A stretch of DNA of 64,000 bases, from NCBI RefSeq assembly GCF_006345805.1, contig NC_043004.1, positions 79,422,001-79,486,000 of the forward strand. Direction: 5' to 3'. Both the position numbers and the translations under genes were made by a program. The notes below the pieces were generated by a model. It saw only the letters and a list, made by a program, of their open reading frames with translations, was not told the origin of the DNA and made no database searches. Below, piece by piece: positions 13,134 to 24,562 of this stretch (the first letter of the stretch is position 1; each line of letters begins with the position of its first letter). The stretch is from Octopus sinensis (lineage: Eukaryota).

Positions 13134-13780
13134 GGAGAGATGTGTGAAGAAGTGCCACTCCCAAACTGTTGAAGGAATCCGGGGTAGAGGTAGACCCAGG
13201 AAGACATGGGACGAGGTGGTCAAGCATGACCTTCGTGCATTGAACCTCACAGAGGCTATGACGAAAGACCAAGACCTCTGGAGATATGATGTGACTTCGA
13301 AGACCTGACAAATAAAGTGAGTTATGGCTCACAGGATGGCCTGCTGTGCTAACCTTGGATTGTAGAGTGACCCACTGTTCTTGAGGAGACCTATTGAGTC
13401 AAGTACATTAACACCAACATCAAAATGAAAATCAAATGGAAATTGTAGTTAAGATACCCATGCCGGTGACACGTTAAAAGCACCGTCCGAACGTGGCAGA
13501 TGCCAACGCCGCCTGACTGGCGTCTGTGTTGGTGACACGTAAAAGCACCAACCGACCGTGGCCGTTTGCCAGCCTCGTCTGGCCCCTGTGCCAGTGGCAT
13601 GTAAAAAGCACCCACCATACTCACGGAGTGGTTGGCATTAGGAAGGGCATCCAGCTGTAGAAACACTGCCAGATGAGACTGGTGCCTGGTGCAGCCTCCT
13701 GGCTTCCCAGACCCCAGTCGAACCGTCCAACCCATGCTAGCAAGGAAAACGGATGTTAAATGATAATGATAATGATGATA
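13134..13780 (+). mobile_element. 5'-truncated RTE-clade LINE (ORF2 C-terminus plus 3' UTR)
   Basis: Encodes ERCVKKCHSQTVEGIRGRGRPRKTWDEVVKHDLRALNLTEAMTKDQDLWR, an RTE C-terminal motif. Followed by a 3' UTR shared with 21860-22495 and a (GAT)n tail. Confidence 0.85.
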
Positions 13781-13822
13781 TATATATATATATATATATA
13801 TCACACACACACACACACACAC

Positions 13823-14199
13823 ATAGGTTATGATGGGTAAATTGTCATCATCATATATTTTTCATTTCATGCATGCAAATTGTTTGTTTTTGATTTTTTC
13901 GACTATACAGTATAGTAGGGTCAGTTGGGCACCGTCTGTGAGAAAAATAGCATTATGATGCAATTCACTCTAACAGAAATTTGGAAACAACATGCTGTAC
14001 TGCTTGGCATTCATGCTGGAAGCTCCAGTACGAATATTTCAGGGCGTTTGGATGTCAGTCTGAGGACATGTACCAAGAGTGAAAAAAAATCAAACATCCA
14101 GTCAACATCATGGTGTTTGGAATGATCACCAGTGATGGCAACGTTATGCTTCCCACATGGCCTCAGACTCAACATGGAGGCCTACATCATTTGCCTGGA

Positions 14200-14200
<1 letters not shown>
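13823..14200 (+). mobile_element. Tc1/mariner-superfamily transposon relic
   Basis: 14090-14200 translates to KHPVNIMVFGMITSDGNVML...PHGLRLNMEAYIICLE, resembling the catalytic region of Tc1/mariner transposases. Heavily deleted. Confidence 0.65.
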
Positions 14201-14244
<44 letters not shown>

Positions 14245-15114
14245 TAATCATCATCATCATCATTGTTTAACATCCGCCTTCCATGCAGGCATGGGGTGGA
14301 TGGTCTGACAGGAGCCAGCCAGGTAGAAAATCTATCCAAGGCCACCATGTCTGTTTTGGCAGAGATTTTACAGCTATTTGCCCTTCCTAACACCAACAAC
14401 TCTGGGTTTCTCTCAGTTTCCCTCTACCAAATCCACTCACAAGGCTTTGGTAGGCCTGAGACTATAATAGAAGACACTTGCCCAAGGTGCCATACAGTGG
14501 GACTGAACCTGGAACCAAGTGGTTGGGAAGCAAGCTTCTTATCACACAGCAAAGAAAACACAAAAAAAAAAACAAAATAAAACAACAGTTATCAGTTGAT
14601 AGCCAAAGACTAAACACTAATTTATCAGTCAGTCACATTATTTCATTAAATGTTCTCAAGAATCATGTTTAAATTGATAAGCTTACAGTTTCTGATAACA
14701 AAATGGAAGAAAAGAAAAAAGTTAATAAACATAACAAAACACTCGAAAGGTCATTAATTAAAATGTATGAAGTTAACTGATAATGATGTTGTAAATGGTT
14801 GGTTTTATATGGAGATAGTTGGAGATAGTTTGATAAAAAGACCAGCATGAAGATTATGGTCTCTGTCACAAAAGCATATCATTAACACTGACTACACTAG
14901 GAACCAGCATAAAAAGAAAAGGTCACTGCTATGTACAGGCTTTTCTTCGTTTGATGTAGCAGTAGTAGTGGTCTCTAGTTTAGGCACGTCAGCAGTGAGT
15001 GTGGGGGGGGGGGGTCAGCAAAAGGCAACTCTGAACATAAAGACATGGAAAAAATGCCCCAAGGGATTTTGTCCGACACTAATGATTCTACCAATCCAAT
15101 GATTTTGATGATAA

Positions 15115-15480
15115 TAAGTGCACTCAGAGAATGCAAACCTAAATCAAGGTAACACCAATGTCCTTGCAATGATTAGCAGGAGACAATTTTTAAAATGACA
15201 ATATCTGAAATAAACTCAACTGCTCTCACAAATAAGAATACTAAAAATGAACCCGACCACTCTCAAAAATTAAGTAAAAAAAACTGGAAAAATAATCCAG
15301 AATCCTTGTCTGGTACCGGATTTATCCCAGAATCTAATCAGTTCATGCCAGTCATGAGGCCACACACTCCTGAAAGTTTCATCTGAATCCATCCAGCGGT
15401 TCTTGAGATATCTTGTCCACGGACAAACAAACAAACCAACACAACTTAAAACAATACCCCCACCCTCACGAAGGTAATAA
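15115..15480 (+). mobile_element. DINE-1/Helentron-associated-like interspersed element
   Basis: Starts AGTGCACTCAGAGAATGCAAACCT and contains AAGTTTCAT..AATCCATCCAGCGGTTCTTGAGATAT. Has an (ACAA)n microsatellite and a degenerate 3' stem-loop ending GGTAATAA, in A-rich flanks. Confidence 0.5.
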
Positions 15481-16610
15481 CCCTTTCTACTACAGACACA
15501 AGGATTATTTTGTGGGGAGTGGGGTAAGTCGATTACATAGACCCTAGTAGTTGACTGATACTAATTTTATCTAGCATGATGGAAGGCAAATCGACCATGG
15601 CAGATAAATAAGGATTTCAAATTTTAGCTCAAAGCCAGCAGTTTCAGGGGAGGGGCCAAGTTAATTACATCGACCTCAGGACTCAATTAGTACTTTTATT
15701 TTATCGACCCCACCCCAAAAGGATGAAAGGCAAAGTCAACCAACCTCGGAGGAATTTGAACTGTTCCGATCAGTTCATAGTATTCAATATTGCAATATGG
15801 GTTAGGGGTTAGGGTGTTTGTCTCACAATCATAACCATTATGTTGTAGGTTTCATTCCGGGAAAGGGCAGTGTGTTGTGACCTTGATTAGCTCCAGTCTA
15901 CTGAGCTCGAAATGAGTACCAGCTACATGCTCATGCAGTCAGCATCATCTGTCTGTCTCTCCAAATGACACATCCTGGACATGCCACTGGGTCAAAGCAA
16001 GCAAGTTGAGAATGGGTCTATATCTACTTATGACTACACAGGCACCTAAAACGATTAATGAAAGCATGGTACATGTTACCAAGCCATACTTACGTGTGGC
16101 TGATGACCAACTCTAGCTTTTATTGTAATGCATTTGAGTGCTGTATGCAACAAGCTCACTATTATTATTATTACTAAGTTACCAGGAGATGGAGCAATTT
16201 GCTGTACTTGATAAAATTGCTGTCTTCCACACATACAGGCTTATTTTTTCAGGTGCTGGTGCCACTTAAAAAACGCTTGTGCCAGAGCTGCATTAAAGCA
16301 CATGGGCTGGTGGCACGTAAAAAGCACCCAACACACTCTTAAGTGGTTGGCATTAAGAAGGGCATCCAGCCATACAAACCATGACCCAACAGATAGCTGG
16401 TGTCTGGACAACGGCTTGTCAAACTGTCCAACCCATGCCAGCATGGAAAGCAGATGTTAAATGATGATGATTAATTGTGCCAAAATTGCTGGCCTTGTGC
16501 CAAAATTAGAAACAATTATTGTTCAGGTGCTAATTAGTCAACCATGAACTGTTGAAAGGGAGGGAGATTACAATGTATTAATTGCACATGACTGACAAAC
16601 ACTTTTCCCT

Positions 16611-16835
16611 CTGAGAGAGAGGGGGGGGAGAGAGGAGAGAAGGAAAGGAGGAAGGAGAAAAGAGAGAAAAGGAGAGAGAGAAGGGAGACAGAGAGAAGGG
16701 CAGAGAGAGAAGGGAAGAGTGAGAAGGGGAGAGGAGAGAGAGGAGGGGAGAGAGAGAAGAGGAGAGAGAGAAGGGGAGAGAGAGGAGAGATAGAATGAGA
16801 GAGAGAGGAGATATAGAGATAGAGAGAATGGGAGA
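16611..16835. repeat. Polypurine (GA-rich) low-complexity tract
   Basis: Directly visible. Confidence 0.9.
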
Positions 16836-17092
16836 AACATGAAAATATTTCATGTGAAAGAGGTTGGCATTAAATTGGTGATGCGAAATAGTGAGATGTG
16901 AAGACGTGTGTGCCAGAACATCTCGCAGTCCACAACACTGAGATTCTCAGAATTAGAGGAACAATCATCCACTGATCCACTGGATGAAATTAATCAATTA
17001 TTTTGTAATCAATATCACATGCCATTCACAGATTGGTTGCTCGTTAACCCTTTACGACTGATTACATAGACTAATTAGATTGAGATAATTAC

Positions 17093-17170
17093 CTCGGCCG
17101 TGACTTTGATAACATTGTACTTTTCCTTGACAGTTAAGTCCTCACATAATTCAATCCTGTCTTCAAGGGA
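17093..17170 (-). CDS. OSBPL9: OSBPL9/ORP9 internal exon (helical/coiled-coil region): SLEDRIELCEDLTVKEKYNVIKVTAE
   Basis: 78 nt, ttttcag acceptor, GTAATT donor, phase 0-0. Same length (26 aa) and Cys position as the recalled ORP9 segment [26 protein letters not shown]. Confidence 0.82.
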
Positions 17171-17402
17171 CTGAAAAATACAAAAACATTTTGCTTTTAA
17201 ATATAAAATAAACAAATAACAATAAATCAAAAAACAACACATTGTCATCATCACCACTACATGGTGATTGAATTTATAACTGGAAACATTAAATACATTC
17301 ATGATTAAATTGGGATAATAATATTTTGCATAAGCGGTAGCACGCTGGACAAAATGCTCAGTGGCATTTCGTCCGTCTTCATTTTTATTTTTTTTCTATC
17401 AA

Positions 17403-17675
17403 GGCATCCAGACTGACTACTTCTTTCCATCCCTACCGATCTTCCATTAGTGTTCTTAGGTCTTCAACTTGGCATCCAACATATTCTGCAAGCTGTTATA
17501 TATGCATCTTCTGTGGTCTTCCAGCTGCTCTGGTGCCATTACTTGGTGACCACAGCAACACAAGTTCTTCTATATTCCTCCAGCAGTGGCCAGCAAACTT
17601 CAATCTCTAGTCTTGGATGGTTGATAAGAAAGTTGGTACATTCCCATATAACCATTGTTTAGTTGGGTGCCCTCA
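17403..17675 (-). mobile_element. 5'-truncated RTE-X-like LINE ORF2 C-terminus (degenerate)
   Basis: Minus strand reads HPTKQWLYGNVPTFLSTIQD*RLKFAGHCWRNIEELVLLWSPSNGTRAAGRP...QLAEYVGCQVEDLRTLMEDR*GWKE, with the RL(K/R)FAGHCWR and GRP motifs and in-frame stops. Confidence 0.75.
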
Positions 17676-17676
17676 G

Positions 17677-17832
17677 TGTTGTTTCGTTGGGGGTGACCCC
17701 TGTGTTGTTTTGTTGGGAGTGCTCCCTGTGTTGTTTTGTTGGGAGTGCTCCCTGTGTTGTTTTGTTGGGAGTGCTCCCTGTGTTGTTTTGTTGGGAGTGC
17801 TCCCTCTGTTGTTTTGTTGGGAGTGCTCCCTC
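17677..17832. repeat. 26-bp minisatellite, array 1 (6 units)
   Basis: Unit TGTTGTTT(T/C)GTTGGGAGTGCTCCCT(G/C), with a GGGGGTGACCCC variant. Counted directly. Confidence 0.95.
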
Positions 17833-17836
17833 TGAG

Positions 17837-18106
17837 GTGTAAGCAATGGACGCATAAGAGGTGCAGCAACATTAAAGGAAAATTAACCGAGAAGATAGCT
17901 TTCATGTGTGACAGATGCACAGGCGCAATAGACACCACAGATACTCAGAAAACAGATTCCATCATACTCCAGGGGGAGAAACTAGAAGTAGTTGATAGCT
18001 TCCGCTACCTAGGTGACCAAGTTAGTTGTGGGGGTGGATGCTCAGAGAGTGTTACTACTAGAATAAGAGTAGCCTGGGCAAAGTTTAGAAAGCTTCTACC
18101 CCTATT
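17837..18106 (+). mobile_element. 270-bp internal RTE-LINE fragment, duplicate of 21310-21579
   Basis: Appears identical by eye to 21310-21579. Lacks a LINE 3' tail. Confidence 0.9.
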
Positions 18107-18182
18107 CAATCACTAGTCTTGGATGGTTGATAAGAAAGTTGGTAAATTCCCATATAACCATTGTTTAGTTAGGTGCCCTCAG

Positions 18183-18494
18183 TGTTGTTTCGTTGGGGGT
18201 GACCCCTGTGTTGTTTCGTTGGGGGTGACCCCTGTGTTGTTTCGTTGGGGGTGACCCCTGTGTTGTTTCGTTGGGGGTGACCCCTGTGTTGTTTCGTTGG
18301 GAGTGCTCCCTCTGTTGTTTCGTTGGGAGTGCTCCCTCTGTTGTTTCGTTGGGAGTGCTCCCTCTGTTGTTTCGTTGGGAGTGCTCCCTCTGTTGTTTCG
18401 TTGGGAGTGCTCCCTCTGTTGTTTCGTTGGGAGTGCTCCCTCTGTTGTTTTGTTGGGAGTGCTCCCTCTGTTGTTTTGTTGGGAGTGCTCCCTC
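18183..18494. repeat. 26-bp minisatellite, array 2 (12 units)
   Basis: 4 GGGGGTGACCCC units followed by 8 GGGAGTGCTCCC units. Confidence 0.95.
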
Positions 18495-19049
18495 TGTTTT
18501 CATGATCAGAATTCAAATTTTACTAAAGTTGACTTTGCCTCTCATTCTTTCAGTCCATAAAATTGACAGCCTTGTACCAGAATTTGAAACCAGTATTTAG
18601 TATAAGAGATTAGCTGATAGATAAAATTAAATTTTAAAACAAATAAATTGTACTTTTAATAATCTTTTGTAAGAACAATGTTAATCTCTGACTTCAGATT
18701 TTTAAACCCTCTATTTCAACCAGCCTGGTCATGTTCCTATGGATGGGTACCTCACAGGCATGTACATACATATACACACTTGTATATATGTGTATACACA
18801 CACACACACACACACACAAACTCTTTTCAATGTTATCCTGAAAGAAATTAAAGTAGAAAAAAAGCCCCACAACTTTCAAACAATACCTGGAAATACCAGA
18901 TAAACCACCTACACCTGGATTCGTCTCAACCAACAACTCTCTGTTTGAGTGGTCCATGGTGTAGTGAAATAATTAACTAAAAGACTTTTCCAGGTGAGTT
19001 AGTCATGGCCGAAACCAATCTAAGTTATCTAAGCTATATGTATATACTC

Positions 19050-19415
19050 TTACTCTTTTACTTGTTTCAGTCATTTGACTGCGGCCATGACTTATTCGAC
19101 CCTGTGACTTATTCTTTGTAAGCCCAGTACTTATTCTATCGGTCTCTTTTGCCGAACCGCTAAGTTACGGGGATGTAAACATACCAGCATCGTTTGTCAA
19201 GCAATGCTAGGGGAACAAACACAGACACACAAACACACACATACATATATACGACAGGCTTCTTTCAGTTTCCGTCTACCAAATCCACTCACAAGGCATT
19301 GGTTGGCCCAGGGCTAGGGCAGAAGACACTTGCCCAAGATGCCACACAGTGGGACTGAACCTGGAACCATGTGGTTGGTTAGCAAGCTACTTACCACACA
19401 GCCACTCCTGCGCCT
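19050..19415 (-). mobile_element. tRNA-derived SINE, family B (CORE-like), full length
   Basis: Minus-strand head GGCGCAGGAGTGGCTGTGTGGTAAG...GGTTCAGTCCC, TTGGGCAAGTGTC motif and AGAGTA-type tail. Confidence 0.8.
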
Positions 19416-19420
19416 GTATA

Positions 19421-19473
<53 letters not shown>

Positions 19474-19794
19474 GTATATATATATGCTTTTATTAAAGCT
19501 GTAAAATTATCACAAAACTGTTAGAGTTTCATGTTCTCATTTGTTGGATGGTTGTGATAAAAACTGAATTAAAAATCTGATTGTATATGTAATATAGTGT
19601 GATGCAATATAATTCAAATCAATGAATGAGCTTTTAAATTTGATTGGGTGATTGATTTTCATTACAAGCTGAGTGTTTGAAAATTAGCAGTAAAGTATAA
19701 ATATATATATATATATTATGATATAATTGGGTGGGTGGGTGGGGGTAACTTATGTAAATATGCATAATCTTAACACTGTACCTACATAAAAACA

Positions 19795-20120
19795 CATCGA
19801 TACCAGCGTTTCACTGGTACTTAATTTATCGACCCCGAAAGGATGAAAGGCAAAGTCAACCTTAGCGGAATTTGAACTCAGAACGGAGCAACGGGTGAAA
19901 TACCTATTTCTTTACTACCCACAAAGGGGACAAACAAGGACAGACAAATGAATTAAGTCGATTATATTGATCCCAGTGTGTAACTGATACTTATTTAATC
20001 GACCCTGAAAGGACGAAAGGCAAAGTCGACCTAGGCGGAATTTGAACTCAGAATGGAGCAACAGGTGAAATACCACTAAGCATTTCACCTGGTGTGCTAA
20101 TGATTCTGCCAGCTTGCTGG
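19795..20120 (-). mobile_element. tRNA-derived SINE, family A, with tandem partial duplication
   Basis: Two successive GAAAGGCAAAGTC(G/A)ACC..AGCGGAATTTGAACTCAGAA blocks. Confidence 0.75.
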
Positions 20121-20806
20121 CTTCATTTAATCACATCTTAATAAAAAAAACAACAAAAAAAACCTTACTTAGAATGGGGGGAAGTACCAAAATTAATGAA
20201 TTAACTAACTGATAATAATTAATAATGAAGTAGGATCACAAGACAGGTGTACAGGTGTTAAAAAATGAGATAAAAATAAGTGACATTAAAATAAAAGGAA
20301 AATTCAATAACAAATTTACAGTGTACAAGCAAATATACATAGATAAAAACATATACAGACATATATAATTACATGCATACATAACCATATGTAAATATGC
20401 ACAATCTTAATATTATACCTACAAACACATAGAAACATCCACGCATACATATATCTATATGCATACGCATATACATCACACTATATTACATGCACAATCA
20501 CAGTTTTCATCAAAATTGTCCGACAAACTGAGTAACAGTCTTGCCATAATTTTGCCGCTTTAATGAAAAGTTTATACCTTCGGTATTTGAGTACTATTTT
20601 TTCTACCATATGTGTGTATGCATGATTATACATATATATCTATAATCTACAATATGAAACGAGATAAACATATGACAACTGATGTTGGAATATTTCATTA
20701 ATTAAATAACTGATTAAAATAAAACATAAAATACCAATTATATTATGAATCTTCGGCATATATATGTATATATACACACACAAATATACAAATCTGTGTG
20801 TATGTT

Positions 20807-20840
<34 letters not shown>

Positions 20841-21265
20841 CACATACATATCCATGTAGACTAATAGTGGTGGTGCTGAAGCATGGCCACAGCTTTGGGA
20901 ATGGAACACAAAGGAATAGAAGCATTATGTGTACACAAACACGTCTCTCTCAAAAATCTAATTACATCTTTTACTCATTGCATCAATTGTTGAAAATCTG
21001 GTTTCAGGTAATATTTACCTGTAGTTTAATATTGATTGCTGATTACATAGGAGACTAACAGCAGAGACACGTAATTAATATTGATCACAACTCATACTCG
21101 TTTTATGATGAACCTTAGTGACAATAATACAATGACCACATGCAACAGATGAGATATCTAAACAGATTTTGATTGGACAGTCACACAACCGGATTGAGTT
21201 TGTTCAAATAATTTGCTAGGATTAAAGAGGTAGAGGTGGGGTAAAAAAAATCACAGGTTTTGAAT

Positions 21266-22495
21266 GAATGTCGAAAAGGTGTAGGTAGAAACTCCATAAG
21301 ATGTACCCAGTGTAAGCAATGGACGCATAAGAGGTGCAGCAACATTAAAGGAAAATTAACCGAGAAGATAGCTTTCATGTGTGACAGATGCACAGGCGCA
21401 ATAGACACCACAGATACTCAGAAAACAGATTCCATCATACTCCAGGGGGAGAAACTAGAAGTAGTTGATAGCTTCCGCTACCTAGGTGACCAAGTTAGTT
21501 GTGGGGGTGGATGCTCAGAGAGTGTTACTACTAGAATAAGAGTAGCCTGGGCAAAGTTTAGAAAGCTTCTACCCCTATTGGTGACAAAGGTCTCTTGCTC
21601 AGAGTGAAAGGTAGATTGTATGATGCATGTGTGCAAACTGCCATGCTTCACGGCAGTGAAACATGGGTGGTGACTGCAGAGGACATGCGTAGGCTTGAAA
21701 GAAATGAAGCTAGCATGATCCGCTGGATGTGTAATGTCAGTGTGCACACACGACAGAGTGTAATTGCCCTGAGAGAAATGTTGGATATAAGAAGCATCAG
21801 ATGTGGCATTCAAGAGAGACGTTTGCACTGGTATGGTCATGTACTATGGATGGATGAGGAGAAATGTGTGAAGAAGTGCCACTCCCAAACAGTTGAAGGA
21901 GTCCGGGGTAGAGGTAAACCCAGGAAGACATAGGATGAGATGGCCAAGCATGACCTTCGAAAATTGGGCCTCAACTCTGAAGATATACTGTGACTGCGAA
22001 GACCTGACAAATAAAGTGAGTTCACGGCTGTTTCCTACACCAGTTTTGTATAACCAGTCCTAGCCCATTCAAAGTACCTTGGATCGTGGGGCGATCTGCT
22101 GTGCTTCAGGAGACCTATTGAGTCAAGTACATCAACATCAAAATAAAAATCAAGTGGAAATTGTAGTTATGATACCTGTGCCGGTGGCACGTAAAAAGCA
22201 CCATCCAAACATGGCCAATGCCAGCACCGCCTTGGCCGGCTTCCATGCTGGTGGTACGTAAAAAGCACCAACTGATCATGGCTGTTGCCTGCCTCCCCTG
22301 GCCCCTGTGCCAGCGGCACGTAAAAAGCACGCACCACACTCACAGAGTGGTTGGTGTTAGGAAGGGCATCCAGCTGTAGTCAGACTGCCAGATCAGGCTG
22401 GAGCCTGGTGCAGCCTCCTGGCTTCCAAGATCCCGGTTGAACCATCCAACTCATGCTAGCATGGAAAACGGAAAGTTAAACGATGATGATGATGA
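21266..22495 (+). mobile_element. 5'-truncated RTE-clade LINE (disrupted ORF2 3' region plus 3' UTR)
   Basis: ORFs 21260-21607 and 21595-21933 give a Cys/His-rich segment, then LEVVDSFRYLGD, RIRVAWAKFR, LYDACVQTAMLHGSETW, RRLHWYGHV and GRGKPRKT*. One frameshift, one stop, and a (GAT)n tail. Confidence 0.92.
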
Positions 22496-22640
22496 CATAT
22501 ATATATATAAACATATATAAATGCATATATAAATACATACATACATATGCATACATAAATACATACATACATATGCATACATAAATACATATATATATAT
22601 ATGCAAACATATATAAATATATATATATATATATGCAAAC

Positions 22641-22679
<39 letters not shown>

Positions 22680-22695
22680 AACATATATAAATACA

Positions 22696-22732
<37 letters not shown>

Positions 22733-22850
22733 ATATATATGCAAACATATAAATACATATATATATATATATATATATGCAAACAAATATAAATACATAT
22801 ATATATATATGCATACATATATAAATACATATATAAATATATATATATAT
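22496..22850. repeat. (AT)n/(ATAC)n compound microsatellite
   Basis: Directly visible. Confidence 0.95.
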
Positions 22851-22903
22851 CAGAAATATTAAATTTCTAAATATCTCATAGAGATATGTACAGTGGTGGG
22901 GCG

Positions 22904-23197
22904 ATAGAATGGTTGTATACTGTCAATCTAACGTGAACGTGACAGTAGGGGGTTACACCACCGCTGTTTAGCCCTAAGAAGCATCGACGCTTCCTGATGG
23001 CTTCGACACATTTTTTTCCTGTGTCTTTATATATTTACGAAGGGGGTGTTTGTCTCCCCTTCGTAAATATATAAGGACACAGGAAAAACCTGTGTCGAAG
23101 CCATCATGAAGCGTTGATGCTTCCTAGGGCTAAACAGCGGTGGTGTAACCCCCTACTGTCACGTTCACGTTAGATTGACAGTATACAACCATTCTAT
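22904..23197. repeat. Near-perfect 294-bp inverted repeat (foldback/MITE-like)
   Basis: Arms of about 142 bp with about 6 mismatches around a ~10-nt loop at 23046-23055. Confidence 0.92.
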
Positions 23198-23265
23198 ATA
23201 TATATATATGCATACATATATAAATGCACGCATATATATATGCACACATAAATACACACACACAC

Positions 23266-23296
<31 letters not shown>

Positions 23297-24312
23297 CATT
23301 TTTTATTAAAGCTAAAACACATGTTCATAAACTGTTACTCGGAGTTTCACATTACTGCTCAGAGACAGATTTTTTTCAGATTTAATAAAAAGCATGTTAC
23401 TCAACCTTGCTATGCGTGTGTGCTTACTTGTGTGTGTGTGTGTGTTTGTGTGTGATGTAATTTCTCATTGAAGATGACAGGTTTGTTCAGTTTTTGGTGA
23501 ATGGCCTACACAAAACGGTTTGTTTACACCAATCAAATTCATATATACTGTACATTAGCTCACTGCTTCCATTAAACTGACATTGCCTGTCCAGGTGCAC
23601 AAGCATGACGCATGCGCGCCACATGCCAGATATAGAAATAATCACAGAACAGTGTGAAATGAAGTGTTTTACTGCTCAGTCCAGGAACTGAACCCATGAT
23701 CTTGCAGTTGTGAGTGCAACACCCTGATCACTAGGCCGCACACCTTCACACACACATGTAAATGAAGAAAGGAAAGAAAGTCTCACTTGACCCATATGAT
23801 CAGAGTTACATGTATTTAATAACAACCTGTTTTTTGGCTCCAAGTGTCTTAAAGATTGATGGGTGTGCCAAACAAGTCCATTTCATCAGGTGATTGAAAG
23901 TGGAGTGCGCTGTCAAAAATCTGTGAACTACATGCTCAAGAAACTAAGTCATGTGGGGCTGAGTCAAACCGTTGTTGACTACATGCAAATCCAATTAAAT
24001 GTGTTGAGTGCTACCTTCTTTCATATGTTCCCTCACTCATGCACGTACATGTGTGAACATTATAACTGTTTAACATATATTTTTCCATGCGTGCATGGGT
24101 CAGATGGACTTTGTGGATGCAATTTTTCTTTGGCTAGCTGCCCTTTCTGTTGCTACTCTCACCTGTTTCCAAGCCAAGTAATATTTTCCCATGAAAGGAA
24201 ATGTTTCCCACGAAACACAGGAAACAAACAACACCACTTGTATAAGGGTTGTGCTTGTTTACAACTGTCATGTGATATCAGAAACAAGATTACATGCAAA
24301 CACACACAAATA

Positions 24313-24349
<37 letters not shown>

Positions 24350-24511
24350 GGGTCTCTTTTACTTTCTGTCAATGAAACTCACTGACATGGCTTCGGTCAG
24401 CCCAAAACTATGGTAGAAGACACTTGCCAAAGATGCTGTATGTTGGATTAAACTCAAGACCAAATAGTTAGGAAGCAAGCTTCTTAACCACACAGCCATG
24501 CCTGCATCTGT

Positions 24512-24562
<51 letters not shown>

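Noticed and set aside
17677-18494. CRISPR-like array of 26-bp palindromic repeats
   Set aside because: Units are contiguous with no unique spacers, there are no cas genes, the context is a eukaryotic intron, and the unit derives from adjacent LINE sequence.
23863-24375. 170-aa plus-strand ORF
   Set aside because: Runs through a degenerate family-C repeat and an (AT)n microsatellite, with no recognisable protein motif.
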